DNA of 64,000 bases from an uncultured beta proteobacterium (GTDB lineage Bacteria; Pseudomonadota; Gammaproteobacteria; Burkholderiales; Burkholderiaceae_C), in NCBI GenBank assembly GCA_963844485.1, contig CAWJOQ010000002.1:192328-256327 (forward strand). The letters run 5' to 3'. The notes beneath the pieces were generated by a model. It worked only from the letters and a program-made list of their open reading frames with translations, had not been told where the DNA came from and made no database searches. This document shows positions 45,794-56,007 of this stretch, in pieces. Numbering within the stretch: position 1 is the stretch's first letter; every line of letters starts with the position of its first letter. A program made the position numbers and the translations under genes.

Positions 45794-46321
45794 ATGCCCG
45801 AGCAGACCCAACGACACAGCCTGGTTGCCCTGGCCATCGCCACACTGCGCACGGCAGACCCGACCGGGGCGGCCCGCAGCCAATTCACCCTGCAAGGCCG
45901 CACCGACAGCGGCCCGATGCCGGCTGCAGCCTTCAGCGGCAGCTGCGCCTATGCGACCAACGCAGCGACGCCCGGCTTCAACGGCGACGTCGCGTTGGAC
46001 GCGTTCACGCTGCGGTGTGCCGGCCAGACATACACCCTGGGTGACGCCGACAGCATGCCGGTCGCGGCCTTCGGCGACGGCCGGTTTCTCGACCTGGCCT
46101 CTGTGGACGCGGATGCCAGCGACCCTGCAGTTCGGCCACACCTGGCCCTGGTGCCGGGCTTCAGAAACTTTGATGGCGAGGCCTACCTGGCCTGTGCCGG
46201 CGCGGCCGGCACAAGCGGCTTTGGCAGCTGCAGCATCAGTGCAGTTCCAGAGCCGGCCAGCCTGATGTTGCTGTTGGCCAGTCTGGCCACCGTGCGCCTG
46301 ATGACGGCGCGGCGCCGCTGA
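45794..46321 (+). CDS. PEP-CTERM sorting-domain protein
   Basis: The C-terminal AVPEPASLMLLLASLATVRLMTARRR has a PEP motif, a TM helix and a basic tail. It is 175 aa. Confidence 0.6.
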   Translation: MPEQTQRHSLVALAIATLRTADPTGAARSQFTLQGRTDSGPMPAAAFSGSCAYATNAATPGFNGDVALDAFTLRCAGQTYTLGDADSMPVAAFGDGRFLDLASVDADASDPAVRPHLALVPGFRNFDGEAYLACAGAAGTSGFGSCSISAVPEPASLMLLLASLATVRLMTARRR

Positions 46322-46345
46322 TCGGCGCCCCCGCTTTCCGCCGGT

Positions 46346-47371
46346 TCAGCGTGTCGCGGTGTTTCCGCGCACGATGCGCGGCACCACGCTGAACACATTG
46401 GGGTCGCGTGCGTCGACAAACACTTCGACCCAATGCACATTCGGCGAGCCGAAGTTCTCCACCCGGGTGAAGTTCTCCAGCGACACACCCGCACTCACCA
46501 GCGGCTTGTCGAGGCGGAAGTAGTGGCTGTCGCCGTGGGCCAGCAGCACCGGCTTGCCAAATGCGATGCTGCGCTCGGTGATGCGCGTGATCACTGCATC
46601 GAAGCCGAGGCGTGCGGCGCTGCCAGGGGCTGACTCCAGGGCCGGGTTGGCCTGCATGGCGACCATCACACCCGCGCTGCTGGATGCCACCGCGCGGTTG
46701 AAGACCTCGTCGATCCAGGCCAGGCTGGCTGCCAGCCGGGCGTCGTACTCAGCCTGGCGCTCAGCCGGGCGGTCGCCGCCAGCCAGCTGGTTCCACGGTG
46801 CCAGGTTGTTGGCACTGCCCACCACATGCACCGTGGCCATGGTGGTGCCGGCAAACTGCCACAGCGTGTTCTCCACGTAGGCACTGTGCGCGGCATGGCC
46901 AGGGGCGGCGGCTTGTGACAGCAGGGCCATCGGCCGCTTTCCGGTGCTGCGGCCAATGGCCGGATAGAAGATCTCGCGGAACTTCGCCAGCCGTTCTGTG
47001 GGCAGGTAACTGCCGTTGTTGCTGCGGTGACAGTCGGTCCAATCGTTGTCGCCGGGCGTGACGATGAAGGCATCGTCGAACAGCTGGTATTGGTTGTAGC
47101 GCTTGATGAACACCGCATCGTCGCAGCGTTCGCTGCCTTGCTTGACATCGCCGGTGTGCAGCACGAAGCGCACGTTGCGAGAGGCGTTGATGTCGGTGAT
47201 CACACGGTCGAACTTCGGCTCTTCGGCCACGCCATAAGGCACGTCGCCCAACAGCGCGAACGACACACCGGGCCGCAGGTACTCACCTGCGGCAACGGCA
47301 TGGGCTGCAGCGGCCACGAGCGCGGTGACCAGGGCGCTGCGGACAGCACGGCGGATGGTTGTGGATTGCAT
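46346..47371 (-). CDS. Secreted calcineurin-like metallophosphoesterase
   Basis: It has a signal peptide (MQSTTIRRAVRSALVTALVAAAAHAVAA). Metallophosphoesterase motifs: GDVPYG ... HTGD ... GDNDW ... AHGDSH. Confidence 0.75.
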   Translation of the reverse strand: MQSTTIRRAVRSALVTALVAAAAHAVAAGEYLRPGVSFALLGDVPYGVAEEPKFDRVITDINASRNVRFVLHTGDVKQGSERCDDAVFIKRYNQYQLFDDAFIVTPGDNDWTDCHRSNNGSYLPTERLAKFREIFYPAIGRSTGKRPMALLSQAAAPGHAAHSAYVENTLWQFAGTTMATVHVVGSANNLAPWNQLAGGDRPAERQAEYDARLAASLAWIDEVFNRAVASSSAGVMVAMQANPALESAPGSAARLGFDAVITRITERSIAFGKPVLLAHGDSHYFRLDKPLVSAGVSLENFTRVENFGSPNVHWVEVFVDARDPNVFSVVPRIVRGNTATR

Positions 47372-47500
47372 GGGAGTGCTCCTGGGAAGTGAAGGGAAAC
47401 AGGCAGGGAAAGCGTGCGCGGGACTCTGGTGCGGGAGGCTAGCGTCGGGACCGCGCGTGCACACCGGGCGCATCAGGCGGGTACAGCCAGGCGCAGCCGC

Positions 47501-47519
47501 TGACCCTGTTTCAGGGTCA
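47501..47519. promoter_or_regulatory. Perfect inverted repeat TGACCCTG-ttt-CAGGGTCA between the PEP-CTERM gene and the metallophosphoesterase gene
   Basis: It has 8-bp arms and a 3-bp spacer. It lies about 130 bp upstream of the phosphoesterase start. It could be an operator or a T-less terminator. Confidence 0.3.
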
Positions 47520-47572
47520 ACCGGAGGGCAGACAGAGATGCAGCTGGGCCGGTCCGGCCTGGCCCAGCACGA

Positions 47573-48385
47573 TCAGCGGCGCCGGCGGGCGGCGGCGGCC
47601 ACGACGCCCAGGCCGGCCAGCAACAAGGCCAGGCTCTGCGGCTCGGGCACGGCGGTCACGCTCAGCGTGCCATCCAGCAGGGCCGACGACGACACTGTCT
47701 GCAGGCCGCTGAGGGTTGCGTTGCCGACACCCAGTGCGCTGGCATAGACCAGCGACAGCGACAAGGTCTGTCCGACAGCACTGCTGAACTGCAGGTCCAA
47801 AGCATCCGTACCGTTGCGCGGCACACCGTTGTAGCTGGCCAGCGTGTTGAAGCCGGCGTCCTGCACCAGCAGGCTGAAGGTGGGCGTGTCGTCAGCGCTG
47901 GCCAGTGTGCTGGTGAACAAGGACTCGGCGGTCAGTTGCAGCCGCACCTGCACGGCGGTGCCGGCGGCTTCGCCGTCCGACGCCACCAGCAATTCGGCAT
48001 CCAGGCCGATGCTGGCCTGCTCCAGCGCCTCGGTCAGGTCGGCAACGCCGTTGAAGTTGAACGTGGTCGAGCCCGTGGCCTGTAAGCGGGTGACGGCGCC
48101 GCTGGCATCCAGCGAGGCCAGGCGCGCCCATTCACTGCCGAAACCCAGGCCGCTGGTGGGCAGCACCCCGGCATGGCTGTCGGCGCCGAAGGCCAGCACC
48201 TCGGCCAGGCCCGACAGATCGTCGACCGCGCCGTTGAAGGACAGGCTCTCACCAGGGGCGGCAGTCACCAGGGTCTGGCTGCTGCCGCCGACAGCGGATT
48301 GCAGCAGCTGCAGGCGCGCGGCTTGTGCGCCGCTGGTGGCCAGCGCCAGCATTGCGGTGGCGATCAAGGTCTTGGGAAGGGTCAT
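47573..48385 (-). CDS. PEP-CTERM sorting-domain protein
   Basis: It has a signal peptide (MTLPKTLIATAMLALATSGAQA). The C-terminal AVPEPQSLALLLAGLGVVAAAARRRR is a PEP-CTERM motif. Confidence 0.65.
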   Translation of the reverse strand: MTLPKTLIATAMLALATSGAQAARLQLLQSAVGGSSQTLVTAAPGESLSFNGAVDDLSGLAEVLAFGADSHAGVLPTSGLGFGSEWARLASLDASGAVTRLQATGSTTFNFNGVADLTEALEQASIGLDAELLVASDGEAAGTAVQVRLQLTAESLFTSTLASADDTPTFSLLVQDAGFNTLASYNGVPRNGTDALDLQFSSAVGQTLSLSLVYASALGVGNATLSGLQTVSSSALLDGTLSVTAVPEPQSLALLLAGLGVVAAAARRRR

Positions 48386-48413
48386 GGGCTTGCTCCGTCG
48401 GGTGGCTTGGGGG

Positions 48414-50315
48414 TCAGTTCAGGCGGGTGATGCGGTTCATCGGGCCGGGGACCACGCCACCGGGGTTGGCCCGCAGGTAGGCCTCGAAGGCATCGGTGTC
48501 CACCGCGCCGCCCAGGCGGCTGCTGCCCTGGGTGAGCACGCCGAAGCCATCACCACCATCGGCCAGGAAGCTGTTGACCGTGATCCGGTAGCTGGCCGCC
48601 GGGTTGACCGGCACGCCCAGGATGGCGATGTTGCCCACCTTGGCGCCGCAGCCAGCGCCGGCGCTCCAGCTGTAGCTGAAGCCAGCCGACACCTGCAGGA
48701 TGCGGTCGAAGCTGGTCTGCCCCAGGCAGTTGGCAAACTGGGTCTCCAACATCGTCTTGATCTGCGCCCCGGTCACGGTCATCGTCACCAGGCTGTTGCC
48801 GAACGGCTGCACCGTGAAGGCATCGCCATAGGTCACCTGGCCGGCGTTGAACGGCAGGTCGGCGCGGATGCCACCCGGGTTCATGAAGGCGACCACGGCA
48901 TTGCCGTTGTCGGCGTCGTTGGTGGCGTCCAGCTGGGCATCGGCAATCACGTCGCCCAGTGCCGATTCACCAGCCGCATTGGCACTGCGGCTGATGGCGG
49001 CAGTGACGGTGCCGATCACACGTGCCTTCGGCACCGCCGACAGCGCGTCGTAGTGCGCCACCAGATCGGTCAGGGCCGGGTCTTCGGCGGTGGCGGCGCC
49101 GGTGGTCAGGATGCTGGCGGCGGTGGCCACCACGTCCTTGCTGCGGGTGTCGATGGTCACGTCGATGTCGCCCAGATTGCGGCCGTACTGGCCGGCCGAC
49201 GTCACCCGCACCAGCTGCCCGTTTGCCTTGGGCAGCATGCAGTTGTAGGCCTGGTGGGTGTGGCCGGTGACCACCAGGTCGACCTCGGCGTCAAGCCGCT
49301 TGACGATGTCCGCGATGGCGCCGGAAACACCGCTGCAATTGGCCAGGTTGCCGCTGGCAAAGCCACCCTCGTGGACCAGCACCACCACGCTGCGGATGCC
49401 CTGGGCGCGCAGCTCGGGGATCAGCGCGTTCACCGTGTCGGCCTCGTCGCCGAACTGCAGCCCCGCCACGCCCGACGGCGACACGATGCCGGGTGTGCCT
49501 TCCAGCGTCATGCCGATGAAGGCCATCTTGTTGCCCAGGAAGTCCTTCACCCCGTAGGCGGGGAACAGGGTCTTGTTGGTCAGCACCTCCTTGACGTTGG
49601 CCGCCAGAAAGCCGAAGCGGGCACCGGCAAACTGCCGGTCGCCACGCTTGTCCTGCGGCAGGCCCAGCCCGGTGTACGGGTCGGTGGGGTGGTTGCCACC
49701 GTTCTGCATGCGCAGCAGCTCGGCCTTGCCTTCGTCGAACTCGTGGTTGCCCACCGCGTTGTAGTCGATGCCGATGCGGTTCATCGCCTCGATGGTGGGC
49801 TCGTCCTTGAACAAGGCCGAGGTCAGCGGGCTGGCACCGATCATGTCGCCGGCCGACACCACCGCATGCAGCGGATTGGCCGCCTTCAGCGCCTGGATGC
49901 GGGTGGAGAACCGGGCCACGCCCGGGTTGCTGCTGGAGCCTTCACCGGCCTTGATGTAGCCGTGGAAGTCATTGAAGCTGATCAGCTTGACGGTGAGCTG
50001 GGTGCCGATGTTGCTGGTGCGCGCCGCAGCCAGCAGACGCGCACGCTCCAGCGCTGTCAGGGCACCGCTGGATTGCAGCGCCATGCTGACGCTTGCCACA
50101 TGGGCCAGAAACGCCGCCTGGCTGCCCCAGGCCTGCTCATCGGCCAGCCGGTCGTCCACGGTGGTGCAGTCGGCCAGCAGGCGGTTGGGCACGGCGGTGG
50201 CTGTGCTGCCCAGCGTGACCGTGCCGACGCCGGGGCCGGGAATGCAGGCGGCCGACGCGAGTGACGACAACAGGGTGGCGGCAGCCAGGGCAGTGAGTTT
50301 CTTGCGCATGCGCAT
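48414..50315 (-). CDS. Bifunctional 5'-nucleotidase / 2',3'-cyclic-nucleotide phosphodiesterase (UshA family) lipoprotein
   Basis: The chosen start is MRMRKKLTALAAATLLSSLASAAC (a lipobox). The metallophosphoesterase N-domain has SFNDFHG ... GNHEFD ... GHTH. The 5'-nucleotidase C-domain has NPGGIRADL. The listed ORF is over-extended at its 5' end. Confidence 0.85.
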   Translation of the reverse strand: MRMRKKLTALAAATLLSSLASAACIPGPGVGTVTLGSTATAVPNRLLADCTTVDDRLADEQAWGSQAAFLAHVASVSMALQSSGALTALERARLLAAARTSNIGTQLTVKLISFNDFHGYIKAGEGSSSNPGVARFSTRIQALKAANPLHAVVSAGDMIGASPLTSALFKDEPTIEAMNRIGIDYNAVGNHEFDEGKAELLRMQNGGNHPTDPYTGLGLPQDKRGDRQFAGARFGFLAANVKEVLTNKTLFPAYGVKDFLGNKMAFIGMTLEGTPGIVSPSGVAGLQFGDEADTVNALIPELRAQGIRSVVVLVHEGGFASGNLANCSGVSGAIADIVKRLDAEVDLVVTGHTHQAYNCMLPKANGQLVRVTSAGQYGRNLGDIDVTIDTRSKDVVATAASILTTGAATAEDPALTDLVAHYDALSAVPKARVIGTVTAAISRSANAAGESALGDVIADAQLDATNDADNGNAVVAFMNPGGIRADLPFNAGQVTYGDAFTVQPFGNSLVTMTVTGAQIKTMLETQFANCLGQTSFDRILQVSAGFSYSWSAGAGCGAKVGNIAILGVPVNPAASYRITVNSFLADGGDGFGVLTQGSSRLGGAVDTDAFEAYLRANPGGVVPGPMNRITRLN

Positions 50316-50689
50316 CGTCTCCAGGTTCGGGGTGGGTCGGTCGAGGTCAGGCCCGCCCGGCGAGGTACACCAAGGCTGAGGCGGCACAGACGCGCCCGGA
50401 CGGGTCCGTTGACCAGCACGGTGGATGGTGTCGGCCGCAGATGACGGCGTGACGACAAGCGACTGCGCGGCTGTTGTCCGTTCGGACCAAAGGCAGTGAC
50501 CGATGGAAATCGGGATCGGCCAACCCCGCCGGGCAGCGGGCGCACAAGCGCGCATGGCAGCATCCGCGGCTGGTGCGATCGGTCTCAGACGCGGCACGGT
50601 CCGCTGTAGAAACTGGCGCGGGACAGGCCCAGCACTTGGGCGCAGCCTGGACGTGGTCTGGCCGCAACAATGACGCCGCAAGTTCCAGC

Positions 50690-51896
50690 CCGAGTTCAAG
50701 CAGAGCTTCTTGCGTGGCGTACCGCTGGCGCTGGTGGACGTTGCCGTCGCAGCGCACCGGTTCCAGGTCCAGATCGCCGCCAGTCAACAGCTTGCCAGCG
50801 GCGATGGCGCTGTCGGCCGCGATCGCACTGCCAGGGTAAGTGGCAGCGCTGTAGACCATGGGGATGCCCATGCCGGTGAGCACGGCATGGGGCCACGCAG
50901 CCTGGTGTGCGAGGCAGCGAAACAGCCACCAAGCACGGCGCCGCTGTTCCAGGCGGCCGCCTGCATCGTGCCCGGCGGCGGCACCCCGCACCAGGCAATG
51001 TCCTTGCGTGTGCGCAGCACCCGCAAGGTGTCGGCATCCATCTCCGTGAGGGTGGAGGTGTCGCGTGGCTTCACCGGGTTGCCGGGGCCGGGTTGCACAT
51101 CCTCCCACCAGCCATGGTGTGCGCCACAGAAGCGCACCAGGTGCGTCTTGCGGGTGCGGTAGCGCGCCAGGCGCACGGCCTGCATCACCGCCTCGGTGCC
51201 GCTCAAGTGGAATGACACCTCATCCAGACCGGAGATGGCACGCAGCCGCTCCACGTGGGCAGCCACGCCCGGATGGTACGACCCCAGCAGCACGCCGTGG
51301 CTGCGGGCGCGGGCGGTGCCTTCGGCCATCACCCGCTTGTAGAGGTCGTGGCCGAACACGTTCACGCCATACGAGCCGGTGAGGTCGGAGAACTGGTTGC
51401 CGTCCAGGTCGGTCACGGTCACGCCGTCGGCACCCTGCACAAAGCTGCCCACCTGCAGGTGCTGGCGCAGATAGCGGCTGTACTGGAAAGGCACGCGGAA
51501 GGCGCCGGTGAACTGCAGATCCGACAGGCCCTGGGCAGCGGCCTGACGCATTGCCACCGAGCGTGCAAAGCGCTCGGCAAACTGCGTTGACAGCCGCCGC
51601 AGCGCGGCGCGTCGCAGCGACACCGCCTCGGCCGGCGCGTCGTCGCTGTTGAAGTTCTGCGCATCCATTGCGCACCGCAACACGCCGCCAGCGGTGGTGC
51701 TGGGCCAGATCGACTCACCCTTGCCATCACTGACATCGTCCAAGACACGGTTCTCGCGCAGCATGTTGGCGTGGATCGACGTGTCGGTGCCTACCTTGAA
51801 GCTGTGACCCACCAGGTCGGCTGGAACATCGGCAGCAAGCGCGTTGCCGGCGAAGACCAGGCAAGCGGCAGCGCAAGAAAGCGTCAGGGTTTGCAT
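50690..51896 (-). CDS. Class-III (GSA-aminomutase-like) PLP aminotransferase with an unusual signal-peptide-like N-terminus. Frameshift near 51000-51100.
   Basis: DLDGNQFSDLTGSYGVNVFGH ... LLGSYHPGVAAHVERLRAISGLDEVSFHLSGTEAVMQAVRLARYRT. The C-terminus (GGDLDLEPVRCDG) is in another frame. The N-terminus is MQTLTLSCAAACLVFAGNALAADV. Confidence 0.55.
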
Positions 51897-52027
51897 GGGA
51901 CGGCTCCTGCCGAAGGGAACCCACCAACCGCAGGGCCGAGATTTGTCGACGGCATGACCGCCGGCCCTTCACACCCCGGAGTTCAAGTGGTGATGACCGG
52001 CCCCGTATGACCGGCCCCTCTTGGGGT

Positions 52028-52050
52028 CGTCACGTTGCGGTCACAGTTGC
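52028..52050 (+). promoter_or_regulatory. Candidate Pho box (PhoB-binding direct repeat) upstream of phoX
   Basis: cGTCACgttgcgGTCACagttgc has two GTCAC half-sites with 11-bp periodicity. It lies about 85-105 bp upstream of the phoX start, in the promoter region it shares with the divergent aminotransferase gene. Confidence 0.4.
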
Positions 52051-52132
52051 CCAACAAACTGGCAATCAATCCTGCCAGCCTGCGCACTTCTTGCCTGGGC
52101 AAGCATCCCACCACCAACCAGGAGCCCATCCC

Positions 52133-54358
52133 ATGAAGGGTACGCAGCATCCCAAGAACGACGTGTCGCTGAACGCGTCGGGTAACCCATCCATCCTCGA
52201 CGTGATTGACCGTGTCGATGTCAGCCGCCGCAATTTCGTGCGGGGCGGTGTCAGTGCCAGCGCGCTGGCTGCTGCGGGAGGCCTGTCGCTCGGCGGCCTG
52301 GTGCAGACGGTGCAGGCCACGCCCGCCTCGACCCTGACGCAGTCGATCGGCTTTGCCAATGTGCCGGCCAACACCCGTGCGCTGAATGTGTCCATGGGCG
52401 GCGTTGCCAATGCGGTGATCGACAAGATCACCGTGCCCGCCGGTTACACCGCCAAATTGCTGGTGGCCTGGGGCGACCCGATCATGCCCGGTGGCACCGC
52501 CTTCGTCGGCGACGCCAGCGAATCGTCTGCCCAGCAGGCCAAGCAGTTCGGCATGCACACCGATGGCATGCACATCTTCCCGATGCAGGGCGCCGGGGGT
52601 GCCGTGCTGTCCGACCGCGGCGTGCTGTGTGCCAACAACGAGTACACGCACGAAGCGATCCTGTTCACCAACGGGCAGGAACTGGCCACCAACTACACCG
52701 TCGACAAGACCCGCAAGTCACAGAACGCGCATGGTGTCTCGATCTGCGAAGTGCGGCGCGTCGGCGGCAACTGGCAGGTGGTGAAGAACTCGCCCTTCGG
52801 CCGCCGCATCACTGCCAACACACCGTGCAAGATCAGTGGCCCGGCCGCCGGCCATGCGCTGATGAAGACCAACAAGTACGTCGTCACTGCCGACCGCCAC
52901 CACCGCGTACCGGCAACATCACCGACGGCACGACCTGCCACGGCACGGTCAACAACTGCGCCCATGGCCATCACGCCCTGGGGCACCTACCTGACCTGCG
53001 AGGAAAACTTCAACGGCAACTTCGGCAGCGACCTGCGCGGTCGACACCTCGCAGGCCACCGAGGTCGGCAAGCTGAACAACCGCTATGGCGTCAGCGCGG
53101 CCGGCTTCGGCTACCGCTGGCACAAAACCGACCCGCGCTTCGACGTGGCCACGAACCCGAACGAGCCGCACCTGTTCGGCTGGGTGGTCGAGATCGACCC
53201 CGCCAACCCGACAGCCATGCCGGTCAAGCGCACCGCGCTGGGCCGCTTCAAGCACGAGAGCGCGCAGTACGTGGTCGACACGCCAAGCCGCAAGTCGCCT
53301 TCTACATGGGCGACGACGAGCGCAACGAGTACATCTACAAGTTCGTCTGCGCCGGCAAGTTCAACCGCAGCAACCGCGCTGCCAACCGCAACCTGCTGGA
53401 CAGCGGCACGCTGTACGTCGCCAGGTTCAACGCCGACCTGACCGGCGCAGTGGATCGCCCTGGTGCCGGGCACCATCGGTGTGGACGGTGTGGCGCTGCG
53501 CGACAACCCGAACTTCGCCGGCGCCAACGATGCCGAGGTGCAGGCCAAGATCCTGATCAAGACCCGCATGGCCGCCGACGCCGTCGGCGCCACGATGATG
53601 GACCGCCCCGAGTGGACCGGTGCGCGCCCGCGCATCGGCGGCTACGACGAGGTCGAGGTCTACTGCACGCTGACCAACAACAACCGCCGCGGCAGCAGCG
53701 CCACGCCGTCGTCGAACGCCGCCGACGGCACCACCGCGTGCCGGCTCGGCCCGCCCGCCGGTCGACGCCGCCAACCCGCGCGCCAGACAACGTCTACGGC
53801 CACATCATCCGCTGGCGCGAAACCGGCAAGACGGTGACCGCCACCACGCTTCGGCTGGGACCTGTTCGTGCAGGCCGGCGACACCGCCACGGCCAAGGCC
53901 GCCAAGCCGCACCAACGACTACAAGGGCAACATCGTCGGACGACGCCGAACGGCAGCGCCGACTACGGTGCGCCGGACGGCCTGTGGTTCGACCAATTCG
54001 GCCGCCTGTGGGTGCAGACCGACCAGGTCGGCGACGGCTCGGGCGACTTCGTCAACATCGGCGCCAACATGATGGTGTGTGCCGACCCGAACACCGGTGA
54101 GACGCGCCGCTTCCTGACCGGCCCCGAACCGCTGCGAGGTGACGGGCGTCACGATGACGCCAGACGGCAAGACGATGTTCGTCGGCGTGCAGCACCCTGG
54201 CGAAGACTGCGACCGAATCCAATCCGACGGCGTTCTCCAACTGGCCCCAGAACCAGTGGGCCATCGCCGCCGATGGCGTGACACCCCTGCCCGGCGGCCG
54301 TCCGCGTTCGGCCGTGGTGGTGATCACCAAGGACGACGGCGGCGTCATCGGCACGTGA
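52133..54358 (+). CDS. phoX: PhoX-family alkaline phosphatase (Tat-secreted), fragmented by at least 5 frameshifts
   Basis: The Tat motif is VSRRNFVRGG. WGDP ... CANNEY ... NEPHLFGWVVEIDPANPTAMPVKRTALGRFKHE ... EVYCTLTNNNRRG ... NVYGHIIRWRE ... PRSAVVVITKDDGGVIGT. The segments are spread over all three forward frames. Confidence 0.7.
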
Positions 54359-54392
54359 ACCCCGGCAACCGATTTCTGACTTTGGAGCTCCC

Positions 54393-55034
54393 ATGAAACT
54401 GAACCTGATTGCCGCTGCCGCCCTGGCCGCCGCGGCCACCCTGCCCGCCCACGCGCTGCTGGTCACTGACGCCAGCGCCATCGCCGGCCCCACCAAGGCG
54501 GTCGACTTCGAGGCCTTTGACGGCCTGTGGACCAGCGGCCCCGAGATCATCGCCCCCGGCGTGGTGTTCACGGGCGACATCGGTGCCGAACTGGGCGCCA
54601 ACAACCGTGACCTGGGCGACAACGGCCTGTGGGGCGCCATCGGCAACTTCGCCGCCGGTGGCGTGGTGGGTGAATTGCGCTTCACGTTCACCAGCGGCAT
54701 GACCAGCGGCGTGGGTGCATTCGTCAGCCACTATGCCAACGCGGTGCTGCCGTTCACCCTGGCGGTGGAAGTATCGGCCTATGGCGACAACAACCAGATC
54801 ATCGAGACCCACAGCTACACCGTGGCGGCCACCGCAATGGACTACAACGCCGGCCAGTTCCTGGGCATCACCCGTGCGCAGGCCGACATCCGCTCGGTCA
54901 GCTTCAAGGGCCTGGGGGTGGTGGCCGACAACCTGGTGCTGACCACCCCGGTGCCCGAAGCCAGCACCTGGGCCATGATGCTTGCCGGATTGCTGGCCGT
55001 CGGCTTCGTGGGCACGCGCCAGCGCATGCGCTGA
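54393..55034 (+). CDS. PEP-CTERM sorting-domain protein
   Basis: It has a signal peptide (MKLNLIAAAALAAAATLPAHA). The C-terminal PVPEASTWAMMLAGLLAVGFVGTRQRMR is a PEP-CTERM motif. It is intact at 213 aa. Confidence 0.75.
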   Translation: MKLNLIAAAALAAAATLPAHALLVTDASAIAGPTKAVDFEAFDGLWTSGPEIIAPGVVFTGDIGAELGANNRDLGDNGLWGAIGNFAAGGVVGELRFTFTSGMTSGVGAFVSHYANAVLPFTLAVEVSAYGDNNQIIETHSYTVAATAMDYNAGQFLGITRAQADIRSVSFKGLGVVADNLVLTTPVPEASTWAMMLAGLLAVGFVGTRQRMR

Positions 55035-55229
55035 ACGCGAACACAAGCACCATAGACAACAGCAGGAACAAGACCGGGTGCAAGCCCGGAAATTTCATGG
55101 AGCAGAGGTCGGCAGCCTCGTGCCTAGGCGCGTTGTCACAGGGATCTCACCCCCTATGCCAACCGAGGATGGCCGAGGCCAACCTGTACGGAAGACACGA
55201 TTGCATTCGGTCGCCTTGGCCGCCGCGTG

Positions 55230-55958
55230 ATCGAGGCGGATTCCAGCGGCGGGGACCTCAGCAAGCCCAGGGCGCCGCGTGCGCTGGTGCTGGACGTGGA
55301 CGCCACGCATGTGCCACTGCACGGCGCGCAGGAGCGCGGCTTCTTCCATGGCGACTACGACACTTACTGCGACCTGCCGCTGTACGTGTTCAGCGGCCAG
55401 GACCTGCTGGCGTGCGTGCTGCGCCGACTTGAGCGCTGGGGCGTGGACGACGTGCTGGGGCTGCAGAAGAACAGCCGGCTGCAGCAGCAGGTGGCGCTGG
55501 CCGAACTGGCGTTGGCCGAGCACTGCGAGCGCCGCGGTACCAAGCACCCGAAGCACCTGTATGACAAGCGCTACTGCGACCGAAGCAATGCCGAAAACCG
55601 AATCAAGGAAGCACAGCTCGATCTGTTCGGCCGGCGCGCCAGCTGCCACCGCTTCTGGGCCAACCGACTGCGTCTGCTGCTGGCGGCACGGGCCTGCACG
55701 CTGATGATCAAGCTGCGTCGGCACGTGCTGGCCGGCACCGAACTGGCCACCGCGTGCACCGCCACCGTCCGCGTGCGCTTGCTCAAGATCGCAGCGGCCA
55801 TCGTGCGCAACACACGCCGCGTACGGATCATGCTGGCCAGCGCACACCCGCTGCGCCAGCTGTTTGCCACGGCTTCTGGGGCGGACAGTTGTGGTTGCGA
55901 TGACACACCGCCGGCCAGACCGGCGAAAGCCACGGCGTGGCCAACCCCCGCTTGCTGA
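55230..55958 (+). pseudogene. Degenerate DDE transposase fragment (IS4/IS1380-like). It lacks the N-terminus and has internal deletions.
   Basis: LVLDVDATHVPLHGAQERGFFHGDYDTYCDLPLYVF is a DDE motif-1 region. AENRIKEAQLDLFGRRASCHRFWANRLRLLLAARACTLM is a conserved transposase C-terminus. There is no plausible full-length ORF and no clear terminal inverted repeats. Confidence 0.55.
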
Positions 55959-56007
55959 CGGGCCACCGCCAGATGACGACGACGGTCAATGCGATGCGAC
56001 CCTGCAG

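Noticed and set aside
47844-50264. 806-aa plus-strand ORF opposite the PEP-CTERM and UshA-like genes
   Set aside because: It is antisense to a clearly conserved 5'-nucleotidase and is implausibly Gly/Ala/Arg-rich.
55097-55432. ORF 55097..55432 (111 aa) upstream of the transposase fragment
   Set aside because: It overlaps the transposase remnant out of frame and is Arg/Ala/Pro-rich with no features. It is most likely noncoding.
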